Part shown: positions 23,451 through 38,620 of the stretch, piece by piece
Position numbering within the stretch: position 1 is the first letter of the stretch
Layout of the letters: the number at the start of each line of letters is the position of its first letter
Source: Convolutriloba macropyga
Lineage: Eukaryota
DNA length: 64,000 nucleotides
NCBI RefSeq assembly: GCF_964194025.1
Contig: NC_134478.1
Location: 25,296,001 to 25,360,000, forward strand
Direction: 5' to 3'
Made by a program: the position numbers and the translations under genes
Notes under the pieces: generated by a model
Seen by the model: only the letters and a program-made list of their open reading frames with translations
Databases searched by the model: none
What the model was told of the DNA's origin: nothing

Positions 23451-23844
23451 TGTCGTACTGTATTTAAATAGAGTAGCTTCTTGCAATGCGCGTGCGTTTA
23501 ATTTTATTTAACTAGCGATTCGCGGAGCGAGATCTTAACTAAATTTCTTTGCGCTTACTTGCGGAGCGGGATTTACATGAGAGTTTGTTAACTGAATTTG
23601 AATTGCAAACTTAAGAGAATGAAATGAAAAGAAATGAAATGAAGTGCTTGTAAGCATACGTGAATGCGTGATCAGACATGTCTGATCACGAGGCGGGAAA
23701 CCAAGAAGGAAATCATTAACAGATCACAAGACACGAACTGAATAAATATGAACAGGATTATCAAGGGCAAATAAATTGAACTACTTTACAACATCATATA
23801 AATTATACTGCATTGAACAAATGATGATATCTTTACGTATCACA
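23451..23844 (-). repeat. 3' LTR (394 bp)
   Basis: TGTGATAC...GTACGACA on the minus strand; closely similar to 29512-29906. Confidence 0.92.
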
Positions 23845-24325
23845 TACCCCTTACACCGACAAGGAAAATTGTTATAATACAATTTTCGAATGTATAAATA
23901 ATAACAATATTTACAAATTAATACTTGGTCCCGGGTTATATAAGTAATAAAATTATTTTTACTGGTTATTATAGCTAAAAATATATATTAATAAATTAGA
24001 GTTTGTAATTAAAGCAATCTGTATGTGAGTTCAATTCCTAATGGTTTCACTCGTTGGTATCAGGATTTTTGGCCTCATAAACTGTTATCGAACGTACGAG
24101 GGTTGGAATGTCGATTTCCAAGAGAGAAGTATTTCGCGAAGCGGGTGGAGATACTTCTCCTATTCGTGGAGATACGTTGAATTCAGTCGGCAGCTGTTCA
24201 GCAATGTATTGCACTGTTTCGACAACAGAGCTAGATGGGGCTGAAAGTTTTCGATATCACACGCTTGTCGTGGACGTTTGGGTGGTGCTGCAATTGTGGA
24301 GTCAGGGGATGGACTTTTATATCCA

Positions 24326-27300
24326 TTAATAGGAAGGACTGCGGCGAGTCCTGTCCGATGATCTTGATGGTTGTGTGGTGGCCGTTGTGTTTGTGGAAGA
24401 GGTTGTAGGTTCTTCGCTATGCGAAACGGTGTTTGCTTCTGGCTTCTGATTTCGCATCGCGAGAAAGTTGGGTATTTTAGGAATGCGACCTCGCATCGCG
24501 CGTGAGATGTTTGACTTCGATGAAGAGATCCCGCTGCCATGATCACGCTTGCGGTGCTTCATCTTTTTGTCCCCCTTCTGTTTTCTCGTAAATTCTTTTA
24601 CATGACATTGAATCAACTCCTCCACCCACATTTCCCCAGATCTTGGTCCTCTGCGGTCCACGTATGCCTTCAATGGAGTTTGCCGCTCCAGTTGCATCCC
24701 GAATTTAGCTAAATCGCTATTTCTGACGGTCACCACAGGTTTCCCCGGCTCTTTGATGGTGGAGGTCGTTGGGCTAACTTTCAGAATATGAGATCCCGGG
24801 GCAAGTACCTCATATAATCCTTCGAGGTTTTTCTTTGATTGTCTCTTGCCATGAATTTTTCGCGCTAGATTTAGTTCGACCGCACGCTCTTTGAGGGGAG
24901 TTGGTCGAGTGGCCTTTGTTCGCAGGAAGCGAGATTCGCAATCGTTGCTAGCCCGTTCTCTTGACTTGGCCTCTTGCGTCGCTCGTGACATTCCTTTCTG
25001 AACCTCAATGTTACTGCGGTAACCATACAGCCATTTGTCGGCTGGAAAAATTTAGGTATTGTCGATATCATGCTCATTGATTGCCAACCAAACATTTTGC
25101 TTGATCATGACGAATAGATCGAGGAATTCCGTGATTTTCTATATACATGTCCAAAAATTTTAGAACATTAGGTCCGTTTGCTTTGTCATATATAAATGCA
25201 GTAGGATATTTGAAAAAACAATCAATAGCAGCTAAAAAATAAACTTCAGTTCCCTTTTCATCAGAAATCGGGCTTCCAAAATCAATTTCGATTTCTTGAT
25301 TCGGTTCAACACAAGGTACATGAGGATGAAATTGTTTAGCAGGAATAACAAATTTAAGATTCTTAGCAATCACAGTGCAGGGCTTGCATTCAGTAGCCTT
25401 TACGATAAGTTCGCGGTGCATGTAGGGCCACCAGCAATGCGTAGCCATGCAAATCTTGCCCCATAAGCCCGGATGGCTTGCGTGTATATCCTCAGTTAAT
25501 GCCTCTCGCAATACATTTGGTATGGCTACTTTTTCATCGATTCACACGCACACAGATCGAACGTGAAGGTCTCTCCAATGCGAATGTATGTAGGGGTTCA
25601 AGGCTTTTATACGGCTTTCGTTATTAGTCAGTATGCAATCCCTAACTTCTTTTAAAACTGCGTCCTTACTCTTAGTGATGCGATTAGAGATTTATTGAAA
25701 ACCTTGGACACAATGTAATCAATTGTGGCTACAACTGGGCTGGGTGTGAGGGGAGTACTAGCATTAGAGGAATGAACCGGAGATGTTGGGGTTAATGTCT
25801 ATAAAGGACTCGCGGCACGGGTAGTGTTATTCGAAGCTGTTCGCTGACTTGCGGTGCGGGTATTGTCAGAGGTATTTGAGAGCGGACTTGAAAGGCGGGT
25901 TGAGTTTTGACTTGAAGATTGTTGATTCGCGGCGCGGGATGTGTCATTAAAACGAACGCGAGTGATCCGCTTCTTAGAAGGCATGTTGTTATTAAATTGA
26001 TTTATTGAATTTATTTCCGAAGAAAATTTAGATGACAATTTATTTCTAGAATTCGGATTGCACGACTGAATTGTAGAATGATGTGAGATCAAAGCGCTGA
26101 ATTTATTTGTGGGTGGTGACTTTTAAAATTATTTGAGGAATGTCTCCTAATTGGCGGGAAATTAGAGTTAAAAATTAGAGTCTCGCGCAGCGCGAGAGCT
26201 AATTCATTCCGATTTTGGACTAATTGTTTATACTTATTTGTATTGTGCTGGGCGAGAGAAGTGTTAAGTGATATTTGCGACGCGGGGTCTACATATTTCA
26301 AATTGTTTATATTGCAAGTAGTATTTGAGGCTAATTTTTCGCGGCGCGGGGGAATTGTAATGATCATGTTTGCGTACTCGTGCTGCATGTGTGCTAATTA
26401 TATTTGTCGCCTTATTGTTGGCCTCAATTTTGGGTGTGATTTGCAATGCGGGATCGTGTGTTTTTTATAATTGGTGTAAATGTGATGCGGGATGTGTTTT
26501 ATTTAAATCTAATGAATTAATAGATGCAGAAATTAACTTGAGTTTTGCTACTATAAATTCCTTGTCATAATTGGAAATTTTTTCAGCTTGTTGAAACGAG
26601 TGTCGAGAAATATAATCCACCAGACCCATTCTCGCCCCCAGAAGATGTTCAATGTCAAATTGAAATGGTAGTAGACGACCTATCCAGCGAGTTAGTCTAC
26701 TATTGTACGATTTATTCGATCTATTTTCTTTCATAATAGAGAGAAGAGCTCGATGATCCGTAATAACTATAAAATTTTTCCCATACAGATGGTTTTTAAA
26801 ATATTCAGTCGACCAAACTACTCCCAATAGCTCAAGTTCATTCACTCCATAGCGCTCTTCGCATGAAATTAAGAATCGCGAGGCAAACGCAATTGGTTTC
26901 CACCCGTCAACTGTTAGTCGTTCGAGTGCTTTTCAGAGACCGGAGCGCCATGCATCACATTTTTTGCGTGTTTAGAGTTGCGGGTTATAGTGACTATTTG
27001 CGGTTGCGTTCGCGATGCGATCTTTTATTTCGTTAAAACACTTCTCGCGCTCCTCTGTCCAGATGAATTTCGATGTCTTTTTCAGTAGAGGGCGGAGGGG
27101 GTGGCTAACTTGTGCAAGATTTGGAATAAATTTTACGATATAATGCACCGATCCCGGAAAAGAACGGAGTTTCTTTAGCGTTTTCGGAGCTGCAAGTGCC
27201 AAAATTGCAGCTGTTTTACTTTAAAGTGATAAAATACCCGATTGAGATATATGATATCCTTGCCAATCGATTTCTAATTTTCCAAAGTGACATTTGGGAA

Positions 27301-29511
27301 GGTTTATTCCAAGATTTTCATCATCCAATCGTTTTAAACAATTCATAACATAACTTTTATGTTCTTCCAAAGATCCGTTGCTAACTATCAAAATGTCGTC
27401 TAGGAAACAATATGTACTTATTAGACCGACCAAAGTATAGTCCATTGCTTTTTGAAATTCGGCAGGCATATCCGTTAGCCCGTAAAATGCCGTTTGAAAT
27501 CTGTAAGTGCCAGTCATATCACCACTAATAATGTCAAAATTGCAAAGATCTGCCGTATTAATAACTAAGTTTAACTGACTGTATGCATACTTTAAATCTA
27601 TCGTTGAAAAGTATGTTGTGTTTTGCGACGCGGGAGCACTAATCTGTTGAGAAATAGATTCGACAAGCGTATCATTGTTTGGCATTTGATATTTATTCTT
27701 GTTAATGGCTTTGTTTAGTACTTTTGAATCGAGTGCTAGCTTTATCGTTTGGTCTTTCTTTACTGTAACCACTATTGGAGATATAAAGTTTTCGTCTGGG
27801 CAACTTGAAAGTTTAACGATATGTTTTTCATCTAACCATTTCTTAAGTTCAGTATTGATTTTTTCTTGTAAATTAATAGGGATTCGTCTACCTTTTTGAT
27901 GTCGAGGTTGAAAGTCTTTATGAAATTTAGATTTTGCCACGTGATTCTTTGATCTTCCGATGCGCGATACCAGTTCAGGAAAAGCTTTTGCGATTATTTC
28001 TTTGAACTCTGGAGAGGAAATATTGTTGACACATATACCTTTTTGAGATGTAAATTGAGTCATAGCTAGACCAAGTCGATCGAACAAATCACGACCAACT
28101 AGAGATTTTAGTTCGTCAGCTACAATAGTGAAAGTTGCAGAGTCACAAGTCTATCCATTGCTCGTTATTGACGCTTGTTGAGTCTATCCATTGCTCGTTA
28201 TTGAGTCTATCCATTGCTCGTTATCTTCCCTTCTACCGGGATGGGTTCATTCAAGAAATTCCGAAGTTGTGGTGGCATCTGTTCGCTAATCTAGAATGCG
28301 CGAGGACTACTTTGTACCACTTGCGATGCGAGTGAACGGTTCAGAATACTGCATGCACTACCTGAGTCCACGAGAAGGGTAGTGTTAATATTGCCGATCT
28401 TGATGGGCATGTTGAGCGGTTCTACTTTTTCTACTGAATTCTCGATCACCGCAACCGTGTTATCTTCTCCGCTGCTGTAGTCCGATTCTTAGAGCTCAAC
28501 ATATTGTAGACAATTTATGAATCCTCAGGATGCGGTTCTTCTTCTACGACACTCACCATCTTCTTTTTAGCATTTACTGGTTTCACTGTCTTTTGTTTTC
28601 TGCAAACTTTCTTAAAATGATTTAGGAGTCCAAAATTGTTGCATGTTTTGCCTTTCGCGATACATTTATTGCGATGTTTCGGAAGCCAAATCCGTCCACA
28701 ATTAGAGAACTGAACCGTGTTGACGTTCGACGGGATGACAATCTTATTATGCTGCTGAATCTGATGCTGGTTTCGGATCCCCAGTTCCATGTTAATTGCT
28801 AGCTGTAACGCCTGGTGCGGCTCAACTGTTTGTTTGAGAAGTTCTTTTTGAATTTCAGGATCTATGAGGTTAGTAATGAGAAGACATCGCGTATCAAAGT
28901 TTCTTCCTTATTCTCGAAGTCACAGTTCTCTGCCAACTCCTTTAGTTTTCCATAAATGTGTTCCACCGTTTCTACCGGAAGTTGTTTCGTAATCAAGAAA
29001 ACATGACGGTCAAAAGTTATGTTGCGAGGACGGATGAATGCCTCTTCTACGATTTTCCAGAAATCGACGGTTGTTAGGGTATCAATCATGATATAAGGGT
29101 TCTTGCAGTTGAGGATGCGGCGTCCTTCTACCCCGATGCTTAGATACAGCAAAGACACGGTTTTGCGATCCGCCAATGGCGACGGTTTGTCGTCACACAT
29201 TATACCAACTTCTATGAGTCGTTGGCACTTGTTTTGCAAATTCATCTTTTGTTGCTCGTTGTGAGCGTGGCTTTCTCTCTCTGATTGTGCAGAAGCTCCG
29301 ACTATAGTTTATTCGTATATTGGTTCGAGGGTAAGTTCCACCATTTTGGGTTTGGGTCCAATTAGTGTATCAAGGATGATGTTCTCTTTCGCCAACAGTG
29401 CCAATTTATATTGCACTCGCTATTTCTCCCAGCGGAGGGGAGGATCGGGTGTAGGTTTGTCCCAGAAAGAGTCAATTCCGAGTGGTGTGCGTTTAGTTGC
29501 TGGCTGCGCCA
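24326..29511 (-). pseudogene. gag-pol: Gag-Pol of the nested Gypsy (fragmented; integrase core partly deleted near 25075)
   Basis: MAQPATKRTPLGIDSFWDK; RNITFDRHVF; LLVDSGS; IDLKYAYSQL, FLDDILI; ELELLGVVW, TDHRAL; HASHPG..CKPC, IDCFFKYP; HDQA followed by a break. Confidence 0.9.
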
Positions 29512-29906
29512 TGTCGTACTCTATATAAATAGAGTAGCTTCTTGCAATGCGCGTGCGTTTAATTTTTATTTAACTAGCGATTCGAGGAGCGAGATCTCAA
29601 CTAAATTTCTTTGCACTTACTTGCGGAGCAGGATTTACAAGTGAGTTTGTTAACTGAATTTGAATTTCAAACTTAAGAGAATGAAATGAAAAGAAATGAA
29701 ATGAAGTGCTTGTAAGCATACGTGAATGCGTGATCAGACATGTCTGATCACGAGGCGGGAAACCAAGAAGGAAATCATTAACAGATCACAAGACACGAAC
29801 TGAACAAATTTGAACAGGATATTCAAGGGCAAATAAATTGAACTACTTTACAACATCATATAAAATATACTGCATCGAACAAATGATGATATTTTTAGGT
29901 ATCAAA
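29512..29906 (-). repeat. 5' LTR (395 bp)
   Basis: Direct repeat of 23451-23844, followed directly by the PBS. Confidence 0.92.
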
Positions 29907-30315
29907 GTCCCTGTCCAACCTCTGTTGCAGAGCGTGCCAATGAACTTTGGCCATGAAATAGGTGTAAGGGAGTGTGATGTCTTTTTTTCAGGAAGTCCAA
30001 TCTGGTATCTGTCACCAATGTATTTTATGGTATCACTGAGCGTGAAAATAGCTTTTTTGTCATCTGAAGATTGTCCTTTGGATGAACAATGATTGAAAAT
30101 CACTCCTGCAATTGCCCCGAAAAGCTAAGGGGGATCTTCCCCACGATAGTCTTTTCGTCTCTTGATATGATTGAAAAATGCTATGCTTGTGATGTTCGAT
30201 TGTCCGACCCTCTTCTGTGTGTACATCTGAGAAATGGGACCTGTCAGTGTCCAACCAAGCAGAGTGTTGACTCCGTATGGGGCACCAGTTGTTTAATTTC
30301 TTCAAAGCAAGCATT
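29907..30315 (-). mobile_element. BEL/Pao relic, upstream part of pol
   Basis: Reads through the TSD into 23450 (ALQQRLDRD|NNLRDRYEE); also RYQIGLP and GAPYGVNTLLGWTLTGP. Confidence 0.8.
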
Positions 30316-30990
30316 TCAACAACAGTGGCCTCTCAGATGCCCAAAGAATGACATACCTCCAAAACTCTGTAACTCATAAAGCAAGTGATTCCATAAGTGT
30401 ATACTCCTACAATAGAGACTACTACCATGAAGTCATCGCTAAACTGACCAGGAATTTTGGCAAACCACAGCATATTGTCGCTGAATACCTGGATCAATTG
30501 TAGAAGTAGCCTAAACCCAGACTAGACGAATCAAACACTTTTGTGGGCTTCTCATCTTTCTTCAGGAGACTGGTACACACCTTCCGAATTGACAACTTCG
30601 AGGCTGACCTCAAGTTGTTAGCCTTCTTGAGAATGGTCAGAGACGAACTGAACGCTAAAATGATAATCAGATGGAGTCAACATACAAAAACCGAGCATTG
30701 TTGCAAACTAACCTTACCCACTTCGCAGATTGGATTGAGTCCTACGCAGAAGCGTGCGAAGGCTTCTCCCTACAACGGAACCAGAGAACCAGAGTAAAAA
30801 AATCCTCTAGAAGGGAGCAACAAATGTGTCATGTCAACTCTGCTCACAAAACTACAACTTTGGTTGATGTCCCGAATACATTGAAAAATGAGTGCACGAC
30901 CAACAGGGTTGTGCGAGGAGGTTCAATCTCTGCCCTAACTGTCTAAGAGGGCACCAAAAGGGTCTCTGCCAATCAAAAACACGGTGCCTT
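30316..30990 (+). mobile_element. BEL/Pao gag fragment in inverted orientation
   Basis: LSDAQRMTYLQNSVTHKA..YYHEVIAKLTRNFGKPQHIVAEYLDQL (DUF1759-like), plus decayed Cys/His knuckles. Confidence 0.7.
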
Positions 30991-33479
30991 GTGGTAAAAT
31001 TTCTTATTTACCTACACACCTAAACAATTCTTTCAAACATATACACACATATCAGAATTTAATAAAAAAAACTATATGATATATACGACCCTACTTTTTG
31101 GCCGGCCGATTTTTTCGTTGTACATAATTGTCATCTGTATTGTTACAGAGCCTGTCGAACATAAGATTACAATTTAAAGAATTTCGTCATCCCATGGGGT
31201 AAACAAGGTGTAAAGTTTCAGTAATTTTTGCCTTATCTTCTTTGTTGCAAATTTTCGATAATATCTGCGTAACTTTTGTTTTTTTTTTTGGTAAGTTTAT
31301 TTGCAAACTGTTAACAATCGTTTTGAATATCGAAATGAGTACTTGAACCAAATTTGATCGTTTTTGCTACTGTTAAGCTTTTGTGGAAAGTGAGCCACCA
31401 AATTTTCTTGTTTAGCTCATTTCGTCCAAACTCAATGGAAGTACAGATCTGAAAACTGCTGAACCAATCTTTTTTTTGAATCAACATTTCTTTCTCGCGA
31501 AAGCAATTTTTACTTCAGCTTCCTATGAAACTGATTGCAAGGCCATTTTCGTTGTCCTTTTTTTTAATTTAAAAGGAGTCAGATTGTATTGAGGTGCCAA
31601 TTTTCAGGTTTTCGTTTTTTTTTCAAATACGCCCGTTGCGTAGGTTTATGAACTAATAATTTTACCTCGTCCGCAAGGTTTTTCCGCAATTTTTTATTTT
31701 GCTCCTCTGTTTTGAACTCATTTTTTTTTGCAGAATTATGGCTTAGTCTCACTAATTGATGTTTCATTTTGGCTTCCTAAATAGGTAGAGATAAACATAT
31801 CTTACGCTCTCATCGGATACCTAATGCCAATTATGTCATCAAATTTTTTTTAAATAATAGAATTGACAATTGATTGTAAGATAGCAACATTATTGACTGG
31901 TCCCAGTCTCTTTGAGGTGAAAACATTTTCAGCTAAGCCGTTTTAATCTGACTAATAGCTCTAACGACTTTGAATACAATTGTTTTGAAAACATCATTAA
32001 ATTTTTCTTTTTTTCCAATGTTAATCTGTCAACTTGTAGCTTAGTCTAAATGATGCCCCTTCGCAAATGTTTATGTGTGGGATCCGTTTTTTAGTTACTT
32101 GCCTTTATTTATTGTTTTTTGGTCTCTTGTCATATTAAAGATAGCTCACATTGGCAGCTTCCTTTTGAAAAGAGATCCAGTTGAGCATATTTTATATTTT
32201 CAGTGCATATCTTATCGTTTTGAAGGTCACATTTTCGCAAATTTAAACTTTTTTGTATGTAGTTGATGATCTCTTTGTTGTCGTTTGACATATTCCGAAT
32301 TTTGACAGCTCTCAATGGCTTTCTATGGAGGTACACATGAACTTAATTAATATCTTCAGTTTAGTGACCTTTACTTCATTTTTTTCAAAAAAATATTGTG
32401 CTTTTGAGTTTTTGTTCTTTTTGTCGGCTAGTTATTAGTCTCATTGAGGACAGATTCCATCAGCTTTTCAGTGCAGTACAAAAATTTTTGCGTAAAAAAT
32501 AGTTTTGCCAGAGTTATGCCAGTAATTAATGTTTCTTGTTTTGCTGTTTGTCTTGTCTCGTTGTCTCATTAAATGCAGGAATTGTCGGTCATCTAATGTA
32601 GCATTATTTATTTCGTTTATTGGTTTGAGTTCATAACAATTTTTACTCATACACCAATAGTTTTTGAACAGTATGTTTTTCGAACAGTATGTAACAGAGA
32701 GTTTAAGTTGTTCTAATGTTATCGAGTATTTGTTTCTACAGAAGCTATAGAATCGTTTTAGCGGATTACTGAAAATTTGATCACAATGTTTGATTGCCTT
32801 GTTAGGCATTATTGTTGCCAGTATTTACCTATCAGGTTTTCCACGGATTATGTGAACAAAATCAGAGTAGACGACAATCAATTCTTGGTTTTAAAGCTTA
32901 CTTAGTTAGCTTGTAATAACTTACATAGTAATCATAATAATAGATTAGCTCTCTATTGCACGCACTTACTTAATGCACTCAATTCAAATCACTACAATAT
33001 AGCAGTACTTTATTGCATTTGGCACTTGAATCAATGCACATAAATTAAAAGCGGCTAGGCTTCACTTGACCATTCGCAAATCATATGACGCAGCGATACC
33101 TTACCAAATCAAATGTTTCCTCGAGTTCTCCAGCAAAAGGGTCCAATATTGCTTGCTTTATCAGTTGAAGTGATCAATAAAATCATTCAATATAAAGGAA
33201 ACTTTTGATAACAGAAAGGCCTTAAAATACTAGACCAGTTTTGGTCAAATTCGCAGCAGCAGGCAGCAATTACAAATTTCCAAGAAGTTTTTAGTTAAGT
33301 TTCAAGTCCATAAAGTTTGCAGAAAACCGAGTTCGCTGTTCCAGTTTTAGACTGCTATTGGATACCGTTATCTAGTCTATTGAGTAGGTGTCACTTGTTC
33401 TTGGTCAATCAGTCAGTCCCAATCTTGAACTGTTAAGTCTCGTGTGAGTGAGTGAGTGAGTGGTGAGTATATAATTAAT

Positions 33480-35740
<2,261 letters not shown>

Positions 35741-35983
35741 CTTTTCTGGTCGTAAATAATATTGCTTTCTAGTCAACTGGAGGAATATTACTCAACAACG
35801 TAAGCAGAGGAGCACAACTATATCTGAAATGCAGAGAATGCAAAAATGAAGATTTATTGAATTACACGATGAGGAAAAATAACGGATTCTATTTTGACTG
35901 TGCTTATGATTAATAAATAATCAATCGACGGTAACCAACACAAAACAACACGCGGGGAGGAAACGCAACAAAATTTGCTCAAA

Positions 35984-35996
35984 ATTGCTTAGCAAC
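35984..35996. promoter_or_regulatory. RFX X-box-like site upstream of tubulin (second site in intron 1, 35544-35557)
   Basis: ATTGCTTAGCAAC and TTAACCATGGCAAC each differ from GTNRCC/GTTGCT-n-RGYAAC only at the first base. Confidence 0.5.
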
Positions 35997-37206
35997 TTCA
36001 GAAGTATTCCACACATATATGCAACTTGGCATGAACACGCACAACAAAGATGAATGATAAAACAGGTGAAAACTGCAATTAACAATTAATGACCCAAAAT
36101 ATACGATACCAATGTAAAGTACGCGTATGAACAGATTCCAAAACAAACTTATATTGTGAATATAACCTGGGAAAAAAGGAAAAGAAAATATTTACACAAC
36201 AAACCAGTCTTTACTGAGCTGAACGCGTTACTGCTTCAAAAATTACAGCCAATAAACCCAATAAATTCATGAAACCTGAGTATATTACTTTGCACGTAGA
36301 TATAGGTCTAAACTAGATGGACCCAATTTTTACTGCGAAAATTCCATTTCCTAAAATCCGCGCAATCGTTGTTATCTCAACATTATGAACCACAACTAAC
36401 AAAAGCGCTTTTCTAAAAACGGTGTAAAAGCTTGGCATATAAAAATATAGCCGGCAGATTGCCGGAAAATAGCCGCCGTTGGGCCCACTGACCGACTTTG
36501 GTATTGAAACAGTGGTATTGAAAATAAAAATTGGTAACATTCTAAGTGTCAAAAACTGTTCTGCAGTTTCATTAGATTCGATAAACAAGGTTAATTCACC
36601 CTGTAATATGGAGAACATTAACCTTAATGCCATTTAGCAGTATACTCAAGAAACTTCCATAGCTTAACGAATTAGGTCTTTAAACATCAATCATTTCAAA
36701 AATAAACGGTACCTCAGTGAATGAACATGTTGGCTAAATAAACTCATTGCACTCAGTCAACAAATTAGATTCACTTATTTCTCATTAGAAACCAATGAAA
36801 GCTGTCATCAATGAGATTAAATAATAAAAACACAACAAGACAAACAAATTTCATTAAAAACTCATAACTTGCTAACACTTTTTCGAAACAAATAGCGTAA
36901 AAGTCACAAAACAATCCTCAATAACGACCGATAAGTCTTGTCATTATTGAGATTAAGTTAAAAACAGTCTTCTACAGCCTTCTACAAAATATCCTTGATA
37001 TTCCATTTTTATTTTAATCCTTCCATATCAGTTCCCTATGCTTTCCTCTCCACTTGTTTATTATTTTTGTGACTGGGCCGTCTTTACACTGTCTGGAGGG
37101 GAACAGCTTGGAGTGCAGCATCCGTCTAAGTGCTATTCATCATCCCATATTTTCTGACCTACATCCATCGTTGCCGTATGGAGTACACGGCCCTTGATAT
37201 GGCAGC

Positions 37207-37209
<3 letters not shown>

Positions 37210-37245
<36 letters not shown>
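37210..37245. repeat. (GA)n microsatellite
   Basis: Directly visible. Confidence 0.95.
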
Positions 37246-37249
<4 letters not shown>

Positions 37250-38575
37250 AATAAAAAAAATCAAATATATTTAAAAACACTATCAGCCGCCGATTAAACC
37301 TGTCATTAATGCGACTAAAAGATAAAAACAAAATAATGAACAAGAAAATTTCACAAACCTCAAAAATTCGATAATGTTTTTCTTTGTAAACAATAAGTGT
37401 CAAAGTCATAGAAAGCATTTATTTTCATCAGGAGCAATAAAATCAATTAATTTAATCATATTAGCAATCTATGAAATCTGTCCCAATGATAAAAGGAGAG
37501 GACACCAAAAAGTACAAGAGAACACAAAAACCAAAACAAATTGAAAAAAATTTCGAGCAAACGTATCGTCAACGTCATGAGCCCACTAGCTATTAACTCG
37601 AATCATTAATAACGTCCATTTTTGCCTCGTTTGCAACTAATCAGACCTTTCATTAATGATAACAAGTGACAAGCCAACAAAAATTATAATAAATAATAAA
37701 CAAAAAATCAAACAATCACAAATATTTCATGACAAAAGAATTGTCGTACTCATAAAAAGTCATTAGCTGCACGTTGATAAATTCAAGAAATTGCAAAGAT
37801 GCGGAATTAGAATAAGTAATTATCATAACAAAAGCACTCGAGAGAAAAACAATTAAAACATTTCTTCAAAGAGCAATTTACCACTCCAATGTGAAGGTAG
37901 TTTCAAAAATAATCACTCTTCAAACCTGCTCGATTTTTGCGGCCTTTACCTCTTGAGGGTGACTAAATTCACCACTTAAATTAGACTTCTCACTGACGCG
38001 GACAAGCCGAAAAAATTTTCAACACATCTTAGAATTCTGGAAATGACGCCAAGTAGAAAATTAACCACAATAACTAACATACAGAAATCAACCTCCCACT
38101 TATTTAAACTAATCATCTTTGAATATTACGAGAAAACTTAACGTTAAAACTTTTTGACTATTTTAAGGTTTCTGAGAATTTAACTAAGTTGAGATTTTTT
38201 AAATAAAAACCTCAAAATAGTTCCAACCTTAAGATACTATAGCAACAAGCAAAAAAAAAACAGAATAAATAGTACTAAAATAGGAAACGAAAATCGGCTT
38301 AACGTTTGTTTAAAAGTACCGAATTATCTTCAAAAAAGAATTAAAAAATATATCAATCAAACGGAAAGACAACGAAAACAACTAATTGGAACAACAGAAC
38401 TCCCAAAATGCTTTAAAAACTGGAGAATACAAAATTTGATGAGAAGCGCATAGATAGCAAAATGTTAACAATTATACAAAACTTAATTCAAAAGTGTATT
38501 ATTTTCTTCAGATAGTCAAAAACTTTTCCCAACACACTATTACCATATTATATGATTGAGACAAAACACCTTCAA

Positions 38576-38620
38576 CTAGAAACATACCCGGCAGATTGCC
38601 GGAAAATAGCCGCCGTTGAT
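38576..38620 (-). mobile_element. Helitron-like 3' terminus (degenerate second copy at ~36447-36482)
   Basis: Minus strand hairpin CCGGCA-ATC-TGCCGG, 8 nt, then CTAG followed by T. Confidence 0.5.

Larger units (their letters stand above)
23451..29906 (-). mobile_element. Two-LTR Ty3/Gypsy (Mag-like) element nested in BEL, 5-bp TSD GTCCC
   Basis: LTRs at 23451-23844 and 29512-29906; GTCCC at 23446-23450 and 29907-29911; PPT TAAGGGGTA; PBS TGGCGCAGCCAGCA (tRNA-Ser-like). Confidence 0.95.

Noticed and set aside
28143-28225. Triplicated gagtctatccattgctcgttat in the protease region
   Set aside because: Local slippage duplication in a dead element; too short and irregular for an array.
31080-32900. 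Decayed minus-strand coding-like region, possibly a DNA transposon
   Set aside because: No catalytic motif or paired TIRs could be identified by eye.
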